Assembly (NCBI GenBank): GCA_900768685.1
Contig: CAAGDX010000014.1
Span: 2,399 to 66,398, forward strand
Reading direction: 5' to 3'
Origin: Bacteroidales bacterium
GTDB lineage: Bacteria > Bacteroidota > Bacteroidia > Bacteroidales > Muribaculaceae
Length of the DNA stretch: 64,000 nt
The notes beneath the pieces are model-generated. The model saw nothing but the letters and a program-made list of their open reading frames with translations, was not told the DNA's origin and ran no database searches. Shown here one piece after another: positions 17,758 through 28,021 of this stretch; the first letter of the stretch is position 1, and the number at the start of each line of letters is the position of its first letter. Position numbers and translations under genes: made by a program.

Positions 17758-20700
17758 AAAACTACAAAAGATATATAGTTTCGGCACTATTAGCCGTATT
17801 AGGATTGTTTAATGCCGCGGCAGAAGAACTTGTAGTGAATGTGACTACAAAAAATCCTATTTTGCCTCCACAGGTGATGTACATAATGTCCAATCCGGGG
17901 CAGTACCTGACGCTTTCCCTCTCAAACACCACGAATGAGCAGCAACTCTTCTATCTTGGTGTGGAATTGCATCAGATTTCGCCCACAAATGATATCAATA
18001 TCATTATTCCGGGTCTTACTATGCCTAAAGAGCCGTTCGTGATTGCACCTATGGGTGTCAAAATCATGAATGCCAAGGAGATGTGCGGAATGTTTAACCA
18101 CGTCCGCATGCAGGACATCACTATGCCGCAGGAACTTTTCGATAATGTGGCATCCGGCAATTTCGGTAACCTTCCGGAAGGCAAATACGAACTTTACATT
18201 TACGTTTATAAATGGGATCCTACGCTTTCTTCTCCTGTTTTGCTGAATAATCCGAGCCAGAGCAAGTGCGTTTTCGACGTTTGCTACAGTGCTCAGCCAC
18301 CGGCATGGATTTCACCTGTGGCTATAGGCGGAGAAGTGGCTGAACTAAGCCAGGAAGTGCCTTTGCTCCAGTGGATTGCCCCGGTACTGAACTGTGCACC
18401 CAGGGCTGCCGTATATACGTATGATATCAGGATAGTGCAAATGCTCCCGGGACAGTATCCGGAACTTGCTATTGAAAATAATAGCGTTGTTTATCAGGCA
18501 TTTAACCTCACTATGCCGCAGTGTATGATTCCTATAAACTACGTTAATGCCATGTCTCCGGCAGAAACGTATGCCGCACAAATCACTGCAAAGACAAATG
18601 CCGCACAGGAAGGTTCGCTCGGCTACATCAATGTGCAAAACGATGGCAAAAGCGACATCAAACTTTTCCGCATAAAGAGTTTTGCTGCGATTCCGGAACT
18701 TGAACCGGAACCCGAACCGGAGCCTGAAGAAGGTGATAAAAAAGGTAAAGAAAATATAGAGATTCACATGATGGGTGGCAGTGAAATGTCGGATTCGCTT
18801 TACACCCTCCGCAGTGTGAAAATCATCACTCCGTCGTTTGATGAAGATGCCGGTGCAAGAAAAGTCTATACAAACACGAATATTCCGGTAAAATGGAAAG
18901 CCCCGGGTATTGAAGCAAGTATCGGTGAACGTCCTGATACACTGCAATTCGAATACAATGTGGAACTTTTCCGCAATGACGACTATGCAGAACTTGCGGA
19001 AATGGTTCGCAAAGAGCCTGTATATAAAAAGCAGGGCGTAAAAATCCTTACGGATACTATCCGCTGGAGAGAAATTGAAGACAAAGTGGAGAAGGGTGAC
19101 TATCTCCTCCTCAGAGTTACCCCTATATGTAAAAATGAAACTTCGCTCCACTATACAGACACAACGAATACTATTGACTTCGCTCTTACAGAGCATTTCA
19201 CTCGTCGTTTCTTCCAGTGTGCAAACCAGGTTGATATTAAGAACGAAAAGCCTACCACTCTCAAGGCTAAAGACCTGAAAGGCAAGACTATTACCATTGG
19301 TGAATATGAACTCGTGCTTGACGGTGACTTGAAGGACCTCAAGGTTCAGGGTTGCTTCTCCGGTACAGGTCACGTGATTTGGGAACCACTCCTTGCCAAG
19401 TGGGAACTCTGCGTGAAATTCGACTCTATTGCCGTAAATACGGAAAATCAGGTGTATGCCGGACAAGTTGTGACATACGCCGGTCCTAACAACAAGATGA
19501 CCAGCTCGGAAGTGGTGGATAAACTCTTCTCAGACTGGGGTATAGATAACCTTATCGGTGACACCGGAATACCTTATGCAAGCAAACTTGAAGGCGAAGT
19601 TAAAGATAAGGCAAAATCACTCGCAGAGAATATAAATCTGGAAAAATATTATTCCGAAGTTACTAAGGGCTATGCACTTATAGACAATCTCCTTTCTTCA
19701 GGAACAGTAAAAGACGTTGGTTTCCCGCTTGAATTGCCTAAGGAGATAAACCCGTCGCCGGTGAATATTCAAATCACCACTATGAAGTTTGCCCCGACGT
19801 ATGCCACAATGGACCTTATAGGTACTTTCGTGGTGCCGGAAACAAGGGCTACGCAAAACCAGATTCTTGTGTTTGGCGCACCGCGTATGTGTATCAGCCC
19901 TAAGAGTCTCATTCCGGAAGGCGGACATGTATCATTGCTGAAAGATTTCACGGTGAAAGACCCAAGTTCCGAGTATGAACTGACGTTTAATGCTCCGGCT
20001 GATGTTCTTGAACCTGAAGACGGATGTTTCCTTGCATGGCAGGAAAACAAGTTTGCTGCCGTGAACATGGATATAGACATGAAACTGCCTAACCTCTATA
20101 AGGTGGAAGGTGAAACGGTGACAGACCAAAATCCTATTCTTAACGTCAAAGCACTTATAGAAAAATGGGACAACTGGACTGCTGATGCTCACCTGGATTC
20201 ATTCGAGCATGAGAGTCTGCCGGGATTCACTTTTGAGGAGACGGAAGTGATTATAGACTACTCAAAACGCATAAACCGTCCGGAAATGGCTGATTTCCCG
20301 AAAGACTACGATTTCTCCAAAGCCGGAGTTAAAGAAGCAAGCCATGACGACTGGCGAGGAATGTATATCAGCAATATTTATATGGCATTCCCTAAATCTT
20401 TCAGTTTTGACAAGAAGAGAATGAAACTTGGCTTGAAAGATATGTTTATAGACAAGTCCGGATGCTCACTCCGTGCAAGTATAGACAATGCAATAGACTA
20501 CAGTGCAGGAAAAAGCGGCTCTGTAGGCGGTTTCTCATTCTCGCTTGATGAGATTTTTGTAGATGTGCTGCAAAATGATTTCCGCGACTTCGGTTTCTCC
20601 GGAAAACTGGAAATTCCGCTCTTCAAGGGTGAGATTGATTACCGCTGCGACATTTTCCCGCAAAAAATAAAAGACCCGAAAAAATCCGGTTTCGCTTATG

Positions 20701-23700
20701 TTTTCAAGACCTCACAGATTGAAGACTTGGACTTCAGTTTCATTCTCGGTGAACTCTCGCTGAAGAAAGAACTTACGTATTTCCTTGTGGAGGCTATTGA
20801 CGACGAAAACGGAGATACTAAGACAAATGTGGAACTTTGCGTGGGCGGTACGGTAGATATCGTAGGTGCACAGAAAATAAACGGTGAACTGAAAAAAGTG
20901 CCGTTACCACTGGATTTGCACATCCCGGGTATCAAGTTCTGCAAAATGCGTATTGCAAACAACAAGAGTTTCATTTCACAGTACGCCCGAGAACTCCAAA
21001 CTCGCCGCGACTCTGTGGAAAATGCTTGGGGTGCAAACAAGTCAGACAGTATTGCCAACTTTGACGGACAAACCGTTCACTGGTGGAATGAAACAAAAGA
21101 ATTTGTGTTTGGCGAAAAATCTTCCACTCCCGTATATTTGAGTTTGGGTAGGTGGGGATATGCTTCACCTGAAAAGAGCATAGGCTGCTTCAAGTTTGCT
21201 TTGACGGATTATAAGTTTAATGTTTCAAAGAGTCCGGAAGGTGCGGATTTGTCGTTCCGTCTTGGTGGTAAGATTACGTTCAGCGACGATTTGGACATTT
21301 CTGCCGGTACCGGAATTTCCATCCATTCCAAAATTTCAAATATAGATGATATTTCAAATATCAAGATTTCATACGATAGAACGCAGTTTGAAAGCGCATC
21401 TCTTGAAATAAAGACAGGACAATTCAGCCTTGTCGGTGAACTGAAGGTGGTGGATAACAGCGATTCCGGTGACAAAGGCTATGAAGGTAGCGTGGATATC
21501 AGTGTTATGGATATCTTCTCTTGCACAACTTCCGGCGGCTACTACGACCATGAAGGCGAAGACGGACGTTTCTCTTGGGGCTGGTTCTTGCTCAAGTGTG
21601 ACGAGATTAAGACTTTCAAGCCTGTTGTCCTTTACGGAATCAAGGGCGGATTTTATATGAACTGCTCGCCTACAGACGACGAAAAGAGTGCAAAACCAAA
21701 CAAGGGCGCTGTGGGTGTAATCCTCGGTTTGGGTATTAAAATGGGTGACGGTGGTACTTTCGACGGCTCGTTTGACTGTACTGTCGTGGCTAAGAAAAAG
21801 CGACTCACCACTTTCAAATTTAATGGTAAGATAGACTGCGGTGGCATGATTAAGACGGACGTGGGAGTGGTTTATCAAAACGACTCTATTGACAAATACT
21901 TCCAACTTGACGTTACCGTTGACGTTTCTGCCGATTGTGGCGTGGGTGCCGCTATGAAAGAACTTGAAGCAAGCCTCTCAGAACTGCAGAAACTGAATGA
22001 TAAATTTGAAGGCTACATAAAAACTGCAGAGCAATCGCTCAATGGTGTCTTGGGTGACAAAAACTCTACTGCAGGAAAAAATGACTATGAGAAGAATCAG
22101 CAGAAGGCACAACAAATGCAGAACGAGGACAAGAATAGTGATAAAAAATCTGGTTCTTCTTGCTGTACTTTCACGATAAATCTGCAACTCAAAATTACAT
22201 TTAAGAAAGAAGGACGTACGCTTAATTCACCGGACTGGTACGTATATCTCGGTGTTCCGGACCCGAAAGAACAGCGTTGCAAATTTACTCTTGTGGATTT
22301 CAAGTCAAAAATCGTTACTGTAAGTATTGGTGCAGACGCTTATCTCTGCTTCGGTTCAGAATTGCCTAATGACGGACAACTTCCGCCACTGCCGGAAAAC
22401 GTACGCACATTCCTTGACGGTAAGCAGCATGGTGATGCCGTCAGCGATGACATTTCACAACTCAATGCCGCACAGGAAAAGGCAAAACAAGAGTTCCAAA
22501 AGAATGCACTGGACCTCAAACTTGGAGGTGGTGTAATGCTTGGTGCTTCCGCTTGGGGATACATTGACGTAAACCTCGGGCTGTTCTACGGCTCTATGGG
22601 TGCTACAATGGGATTTGACCTTGTTGTAGGTCGTTTGCAGGGAAATCAGATATGTATGAACACTGGCGGTTTCCCGGGTATAGGACAGGAAAAATATTCT
22701 GTTGGTCCTAACGGCGAAAAAGTTTTGGAATCCGTTGACCACTGGTACGGTAAAGGACAGCTTTATGCTTATCTCTATGCAAAATTCGGTCTTAACATAA
22801 ACCTTGGCTTCTTCAAGAAGAAAATTGCCCTCATCGACTGCGGTATCGGCGGTGTTCTCCAGTGTGCACTCCCGAATCCGAACTACTTCACGGGTAAGGC
22901 AAGAATTAAAGTAAGACTCCTTGACGGACTTATCAACATCAACAAGAAATTCTCATTTGAGTGCGGTGACAAGTGCGACCTCTTCCTTGGTAATGCTCTT
23001 GACAACTACATCCTCTTTGAACACTTCTCTATAGGTGTTGAAGAACCTGAAGATGTGGAAGACAACAAGATTGACCCGAATCTTTCCGCTCAGCCATACG
23101 TGGTTACACAGAGTGAAATCGGTCGCCAAATCAGTGTTGTGGACCCGAACTATCAGCAGCGTCTCCAGGAAAGCGGTAAAATCGGTGAACGTGAATCTGA
23201 TGAAACCGTGGAAGACCTTGCAAGCCGCAGGTTTAAATTTATGATTCTTGGCAAACCGATGATTTATGAGTACAATACTCTTGACGATTTGAAGAAAGAT
23301 AAAAACTGCGTGGATTCCACTGCTTACAATCAGCGACATGTAGGTGGTACTGAAAAACAGTACATCACTGTGAACAGATTCAAACCGAACAAATACTATA
23401 AACTCAAAATCACAGGTACTGCAAAAGAGCTCTACCATGGACAATGGGAAGACCCGCAAGTATTTGACACCACTATTTCCGATTTCAAATTTGAAAAGTG
23501 GACTCAAACAAAATTCTTCTATTTCGCTACTCATGAACAGGGTGAACTCGTTGTAGAAGATGATGCGGATTTGCAGCCGTTCACAAAACTCGCTTATCCG
23601 TGTAAATATACGAATAATGGACCTGAACTGATGTATTCAACGGAGAATGATTTGGTTTATGCTCAGTGTATAGACATCAAACATCCTATTATCGCTCTCA

Positions 23701-25634
23701 AAGACCATGAACTGAAAAATAAGGCATACAAGCAAGGCAAACTGATTTGGAGATTGTATGAACTTAATACTCCTTACGGTGCATGGACAAGTGAAAGAAT
23801 GCTCAAGGAGAGCGATGCTATCTGGATTGACAACGACTCCGTGTCTATCATCACAGGTACTACTGAAAATCCGGGTACTTCTAACAAGCGCCTCCGTCTG
23901 GCACTCCAATACGAATGTCAGAAAGTGGTGCAGGCGGAAGGCAACTGGATTGACTATAAGAAAATCTCCGTTTATGCTAAAAACAGGGAAGAGGCTGAAG
24001 CCAGTGCTGCAAACTATATGAAGATAATATATGCACAGGAACATGGGTATAAATACACTATTCAAACTCGTGCAGGAAACGTTATCACTCCGGGTTCTAC
24101 GGCTGCTGTTGGCAGAGTGCCGGGCGGAGGCTTGGGGGCACCTGCCGGTTGGAAACCGAGTGATATAGTAGGTGCTAAAGTTGTAGTGCAGGAGCCAAAG
24201 GGTTCTGCTGTTATTGGAAAAGGCTCGAATGGAGAATCCGCTATAAAGAAAGAATTCCGCTACGCTGTGGAAGAAGATGAATATGCTAATGAGCAAGATA
24301 TTGATATTCGCAGCGGAAACTACGGCGGACAAAAATTCAATCTTGTTATTTACAAGTATCATATAGGTTCTGCAACAATCACCGTTACAAAAGATTTGTA
24401 TAATCAGATACTCTATCCGGCATGGAATCACTCTACGTACAGAGATGTGTATTCATGTGCTTCCGGCAGAAATTCTTACTACGGACACTGCTTTATGGCT
24501 TCAACAATACAGAAAATTGAATCCGATATTGCGTACTATCGTTCTAATGGCGTAAAACTCACGGATATAGAACTTCTTGGAGGCAAAAATGTGTCTGCCA
24601 ATACCTCTGAACGAAATCTGGTGGATATAAAGAATTCTACTCCGCTGGTAGCACCAAACGGACTGTATTACATCACTCAGTCACCGGCATGGTATCTTTC
24701 ATACCTTGCAAACCACTTCTTTATAGGTGGCGGCTACGACTATGATTCACCTAAAGATGACTGTAACTTCAAGTGGTACAGCATTTGGTCAACTGCCATT
24801 TCCACTAACTTCGGCGGATATGACGGTGCATTACTCCGGAATAAGTATCACCAGATTTCTGACGGCAGATTAAGCATTGATTCAATTATGAACTTTACAA
24901 AGGGCGTTTATTACAAACAATATAATTCTCCTTATCCTATCAGCCGTGCTACCGATAATTTCAATAAATATTGGAAATATGTAGGAGAACCGGGTGATGC
25001 GGGAATAGTGAGTGCAGACTTTGAACTGAGTGTGACAAATCAGATAAATTATATCAGAAGATGCTATAATATGTGTGAAAATATCAGTAAAGATATTTCA
25101 TCCACACTCAAGATGTTCAGTAACTACTTGGCTCGAGAAGTTGCTACATGGGTAGTGAACCACCCCGGAAATAAAGTTTATACTTTACCGATTGGCTCTG
25201 CAAACGGAGGAAACGTTAAAGTCACAATCCCGAACAAGCAATTCGCTATTGTTTACGAAGGTAGTAAACGAGGACACGACAGAGGTTGCTATATTGAAAA
25301 GAGCATTTCTCCCAAGACTAATTTGCCAAGGCGTATTCAGCATCATTTCTTGGCAGACGGTAAATACAATGGTTATAGCACTTTGTATAGTACATATCTC
25401 TATGAACTTATGTACGATACTCCTCACAAGAGCGGTTACACCACTGCCACAATAAAGTTTGATGCAGCGAAAGCTTTGAAACTCATTAAGAGAATCACTT
25501 TCCGCAACTACCGTATCAATGCTTGGAATATCAAAGAAGGCAGGTGGACGGTGTTCAACTCAAACAGCTATACACCTATCGTGGAAACGAATAAAGTGTT
25601 CTTGACTACTCAAGTAGAAAATACTCCATTTTAG
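17754..25634 (+). CDS. 2626-aa giant secreted/envelope protein, unknown function
   Basis: A single 7.9-kb ORF with signal peptide MKNYKRYIVSALLAVLGLFNAAAEE. An (EP)n linker LEPEPEPEPEE lies at nt ~18695-18730. A central Gly-rich beta-like region is interrupted by a charged helical tract. I saw no obvious tandem repeats and no T9SS CTD. It ends ...TTQVENTPF. Confidence 0.85.
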   Translation: MKNYKRYIVSALLAVLGLFNAAAEELVVNVTTKNPILPPQVMYIMSNPGQYLTLSLSNTTNEQQLFYLGVELHQISPTNDINIIIPGLTMPKEPFVIAPMGVKIMNAKEMCGMFNHVRMQDITMPQELFDNVASGNFGNLPEGKYELYIYVYKWDPTLSSPVLLNNPSQSKCVFDVCYSAQPPAWISPVAIGGEVAELSQEVPLLQWIAPVLNCAPRAAVYTYDIRIVQMLPGQYPELAIENNSVVYQAFNLTMPQCMIPINYVNAMSPAETYAAQITAKTNAAQEGSLGYINVQNDGKSDIKLFRIKSFAAIPELEPEPEPEPEEGDKKGKENIEIHMMGGSEMSDSLYTLRSVKIITPSFDEDAGARKVYTNTNIPVKWKAPGIEASIGERPDTLQFEYNVELFRNDDYAELAEMVRKEPVYKKQGVKILTDTIRWREIEDKVEKGDYLLLRVTPICKNETSLHYTDTTNTIDFALTEHFTRRFFQCANQVDIKNEKPTTLKAKDLKGKTITIGEYELVLDGDLKDLKVQGCFSGTGHVIWEPLLAKWELCVKFDSIAVNTENQVYAGQVVTYAGPNNKMTSSEVVDKLFSDWGIDNLIGDTGIPYASKLEGEVKDKAKSLAENINLEKYYSEVTKGYALIDNLLSSGTVKDVGFPLELPKEINPSPVNIQITTMKFAPTYATMDLIGTFVVPETRATQNQILVFGAPRMCISPKSLIPEGGHVSLLKDFTVKDPSSEYELTFNAPADVLEPEDGCFLAWQENKFAAVNMDIDMKLPNLYKVEGETVTDQNPILNVKALIEKWDNWTADAHLDSFEHESLPGFTFEETEVIIDYSKRINRPEMADFPKDYDFSKAGVKEASHDDWRGMYISNIYMAFPKSFSFDKKRMKLGLKDMFIDKSGCSLRASIDNAIDYSAGKSGSVGGFSFSLDEIFVDVLQNDFRDFGFSGKLEIPLFKGEIDYRCDIFPQKIKDPKKSGFAYVFKTSQIEDLDFSFILGELSLKKELTYFLVEAIDDENGDTKTNVELCVGGTVDIVGAQKINGELKKVPLPLDLHIPGIKFCKMRIANNKSFISQYARELQTRRDSVENAWGANKSDSIANFDGQTVHWWNETKEFVFGEKSSTPVYLSLGRWGYASPEKSIGCFKFALTDYKFNVSKSPEGADLSFRLGGKITFSDDLDISAGTGISIHSKISNIDDISNIKISYDRTQFESASLEIKTGQFSLVGELKVVDNSDSGDKGYEGSVDISVMDIFSCTTSGGYYDHEGEDGRFSWGWFLLKCDEIKTFKPVVLYGIKGGFYMNCSPTDDEKSAKPNKGAVGVILGLGIKMGDGGTFDGSFDCTVVAKKKRLTTFKFNGKIDCGGMIKTDVGVVYQNDSIDKYFQLDVTVDVSADCGVGAAMKELEASLSELQKLNDKFEGYIKTAEQSLNGVLGDKNSTAGKNDYEKNQQKAQQMQNEDKNSDKKSGSSCCTFTINLQLKITFKKEGRTLNSPDWYVYLGVPDPKEQRCKFTLVDFKSKIVTVSIGADAYLCFGSELPNDGQLPPLPENVRTFLDGKQHGDAVSDDISQLNAAQEKAKQEFQKNALDLKLGGGVMLGASAWGYIDVNLGLFYGSMGATMGFDLVVGRLQGNQICMNTGGFPGIGQEKYSVGPNGEKVLESVDHWYGKGQLYAYLYAKFGLNINLGFFKKKIALIDCGIGGVLQCALPNPNYFTGKARIKVRLLDGLININKKFSFECGDKCDLFLGNALDNYILFEHFSIGVEEPEDVEDNKIDPNLSAQPYVVTQSEIGRQISVVDPNYQQRLQESGKIGERESDETVEDLASRRFKFMILGKPMIYEYNTLDDLKKDKNCVDSTAYNQRHVGGTEKQYITVNRFKPNKYYKLKITGTAKELYHGQWEDPQVFDTTISDFKFEKWTQTKFFYFATHEQGELVVEDDADLQPFTKLAYPCKYTNNGPELMYSTENDLVYAQCIDIKHPIIALKDHELKNKAYKQGKLIWRLYELNTPYGAWTSERMLKESDAIWIDNDSVSIITGTTENPGTSNKRLRLALQYECQKVVQAEGNWIDYKKISVYAKNREEAEASAANYMKIIYAQEHGYKYTIQTRAGNVITPGSTAAVGRVPGGGLGAPAGWKPSDIVGAKVVVQEPKGSAVIGKGSNGESAIKKEFRYAVEEDEYANEQDIDIRSGNYGGQKFNLVIYKYHIGSATITVTKDLYNQILYPAWNHSTYRDVYSCASGRNSYYGHCFMASTIQKIESDIAYYRSNGVKLTDIELLGGKNVSANTSERNLVDIKNSTPLVAPNGLYYITQSPAWYLSYLANHFFIGGGYDYDSPKDDCNFKWYSIWSTAISTNFGGYDGALLRNKYHQISDGRLSIDSIMNFTKGVYYKQYNSPYPISRATDNFNKYWKYVGEPGDAGIVSADFELSVTNQINYIRRCYNMCENISKDISSTLKMFSNYLAREVATWVVNHPGNKVYTLPIGSANGGNVKVTIPNKQFAIVYEGSKRGHDRGCYIEKSISPKTNLPRRIQHHFLADGKYNGYSTLYSTYLYELMYDTPHKSGYTTATIKFDAAKALKLIKRITFRNYRINAWNIKEGRWTVFNSNSYTPIVETNKVFLTTQVENTPF

Positions 25635-25661
25635 TAAACTATAATTTAGAATATATACAGT

Positions 25662-27953
25662 ATGAAAAAATATAATGGTCTTAAAAGTCTCGTATGGGCG
25701 GCAATGGCAATGATAGCCCTCCCTGCCGTTGCAACCTTGGACGGTGAAGTTACAATCACGGATGAGCCGTTTACCCTCCCGGACACATCTGCCGCAGTTG
25801 GAGCACCTCCACGACTGATTTTTACTCCTCATGCAGAGGATTCACTCCACCCGGATGATGTGTGGGTACCTATCACTCTCACCGGTCGTGCATACGGTGA
25901 CAGTATTGTTCTCCGCTGGGCTGTGCCGGACTTCCCTACATGGAGCTTCCTGACGCGTCGTGGCATCACGGTTCTTCGTGTAAGCAATTTCGAGACAAGT
26001 TATGAACCGGACACTATCGCCACTAATATCAAACCGCTCACACTCGAGCAGTTCAAAGCAAAATACCCGAACCAGGCAGACTCTCTGGCATACATCGCTA
26101 TGGGTTCGCTCTACGGCGACGGTGACCTCAAACCGGAGCAGACAAACTATGAGCCGGGAACTATCGGTGCTTTCACGGAACTTGAACAAGACCAAAATAT
26201 GAGAATCATGTCTGCTTTCCTCGTTTCCGAGTGGAGACAAGACCTTGCAGACGCTCTCGCTCTTCGCTTTGTGGATAGAAACGTGAAAAAGGGAGAAACG
26301 TATGCATACATCGTTATGCCTACAGTGCCGGACAATGTAAACAAATTCTTTATTTCTCCGGGACATTTCACGGTGAAAAATGAGAAATTCAAACCTGAAC
26401 CATACAATATCGAACTTAAGGACTCAATAACTGAACATGGAAAAGTGCTCCTCACATGGAACGACACCATTCACGGCAGTTTTGAGATTTTCCGCCGCGA
26501 TGCAGGCAAAAAGGATTGGCTCAAGATAAATCAGGCACCATATTTGCCCCCGCTGAAGTTTGACCTTGACGTGCAAGACGCAATTTTTGAAAACACTGTT
26601 GCGGAATTAGGTACTTACGAATATGCCGTGGCTGCACACGATGCTTTCGGAGACCTTACTCAGATGTGTAAACCCGTAAAAGTGAAGTTTAGAGATACTC
26701 GTCCGCCAAGAGGTCCTATTATCACTAAAATTATTATTGACCGCCCTGTGGAAGGTGACCCGTCTGCGGAAATTTATGCGGATATCTATTTCTACAAAGA
26801 TACTATCGAGGACGACTTTGTGCGTTTCGTTCCACTATACTACAACGAACGTGACTCTCTGAAGGAATGGCGTCTCCTTTCCAAAAAATACATCGCTCCT
26901 ACGGATACTATGGTGAGAATAGACGTGACAAAAGTTTCTACGGGTATGATTACTATCGCTGCCGTGGATACTGCGGAAAATATGGGTTATGCTATGCCGC
27001 AACTCCTCCGTGTGGAAGACCTTAAGCCACCAAAAGCTCCGCAGAACCTCCGTGCTATGACGGAACTTGACGGAACAATCCTTCTTTCATGGGAACTTGA
27101 CGATGACCTCGACGTTTATTACTACGACGTATTCTTTGCCAACGATACCACTCACTCTTTTATGCGTGTAAACACGGATATGATTAAGAGCAAATCATAC
27201 ATGGACACCGTTTCAATCGATGCCAACCAGCGTTACATCTATTATGCTGTTCGTGCCGTGGATTATGCACGAAATCACAGTGAATTTTCGGATACACTGC
27301 AAGTGCTCCGTCCAAACCCGTATCCGCCTACGGTGGCACACTTGGACTCTGCCTGGGTTGATGACCACAGCATAAACATTCGCTGGATTGCCGGCGGTGA
27401 TGAAATGATTAAGAACCACCACGTCTATCGTCGCAAACAGGGACAATCCACCTGGGAAATTATTGCCACGCTCGACGGCGACAGCATTGCTGCAAATGGA
27501 CATAAAATTGAAATTCACGATACCCCGGAAATAGACCGCTATAACCGCTACGAATACGCGGTGGAAACATTTACTTTCTGGAATGTAAGCTCCGGTCTGA
27601 CTCCTATCTATTACGCTCGTATGAGAGGTCAAGATATGATAGACGTGGATATAAAACTCTTTGCTACATACGATAAAAAATCAGAGGAAGTTCGCTTGGC
27701 TTGGGAAGTGGGAAAAGTCCCTGTTGATGCACCGTATTTCTTCTGCATTTACCGTAAATCCGCAAACGACAACTCTTATACTTTTGTGACGGACGCTCCG
27801 AGCCATATCCGTTCGTTCTCCGATGCTCGTACTCGTCCCGGTGAAACAGCGGAATACTACGTTTCCATTCGCTTTGATGATGGCAGAGGCGGCTCGATGT
27901 CTAATGTGGTGAAAGCCGTGGTGCCGCCAAAACCAAAACCGGAAGAGAAATAG
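25662..27953 (+). CDS. 763-aa secreted protein with fibronectin type III-like domains
   Basis: Signal peptide MKKYNGLKSLVWAAMAMIALPAVA. FN3-like segments are present (PPKAPQNLRAMTELDGTILLSWELDDDLDVYYYDVF; HVYRRKQGQSTWEIIATL; FCIYRKSANDNSYTFV). It has a C-terminal PPKPKPEEK tail. Confidence 0.7.
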   Translation: MKKYNGLKSLVWAAMAMIALPAVATLDGEVTITDEPFTLPDTSAAVGAPPRLIFTPHAEDSLHPDDVWVPITLTGRAYGDSIVLRWAVPDFPTWSFLTRRGITVLRVSNFETSYEPDTIATNIKPLTLEQFKAKYPNQADSLAYIAMGSLYGDGDLKPEQTNYEPGTIGAFTELEQDQNMRIMSAFLVSEWRQDLADALALRFVDRNVKKGETYAYIVMPTVPDNVNKFFISPGHFTVKNEKFKPEPYNIELKDSITEHGKVLLTWNDTIHGSFEIFRRDAGKKDWLKINQAPYLPPLKFDLDVQDAIFENTVAELGTYEYAVAAHDAFGDLTQMCKPVKVKFRDTRPPRGPIITKIIIDRPVEGDPSAEIYADIYFYKDTIEDDFVRFVPLYYNERDSLKEWRLLSKKYIAPTDTMVRIDVTKVSTGMITIAAVDTAENMGYAMPQLLRVEDLKPPKAPQNLRAMTELDGTILLSWELDDDLDVYYYDVFFANDTTHSFMRVNTDMIKSKSYMDTVSIDANQRYIYYAVRAVDYARNHSEFSDTLQVLRPNPYPPTVAHLDSAWVDDHSINIRWIAGGDEMIKNHHVYRRKQGQSTWEIIATLDGDSIAANGHKIEIHDTPEIDRYNRYEYAVETFTFWNVSSGLTPIYYARMRGQDMIDVDIKLFATYDKKSEEVRLAWEVGKVPVDAPYFFCIYRKSANDNSYTFVTDAPSHIRSFSDARTRPGETAEYYVSIRFDDGRGGSMSNVVKAVVPPKPKPEEK

Positions 27954-28021
27954 TTCCCCAGAGCATACGCTCAAACGAGATAAATATAAAAAAGTACAAT
28001 ATATAAGCTGTAAGTATATAT

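Noticed and set aside
18695-18730. The GAACC(G/C)-type short tandem DNA repeat as a VNTR or slippage site.
   Set aside because: It is in frame and encodes an (EP)n inter-domain linker. The units are imperfect (gaa ccg gaa ccc gaa ccg gag cct), so slipped-strand phase variation is unlikely.
18345-19466. A 373-aa ORF antisense to the giant gene. Similar long antisense ORFs occur at 21369-21905, 22953-23534 and 23637-24431.
   Set aside because: They lie entirely inside the 7.9-kb sense ORF. Their translations are Cys/Phe/Arg/His-rich and junk-like, with no motifs, and they have no promoter-like context. They are typical shadow ORFs produced by the codon bias of the sense strand.
17754-25634. 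The giant protein as the T9SS translocon SprA/Sov (similar size, ~2400-2600 aa).
   Set aside because: I cannot support this from sequence memory. The tight operon with a barrel, an FN3 protein and lipoproteins is not the context I know for sprA/sov. It is left as a hypothesis to test by profile search, not a call.
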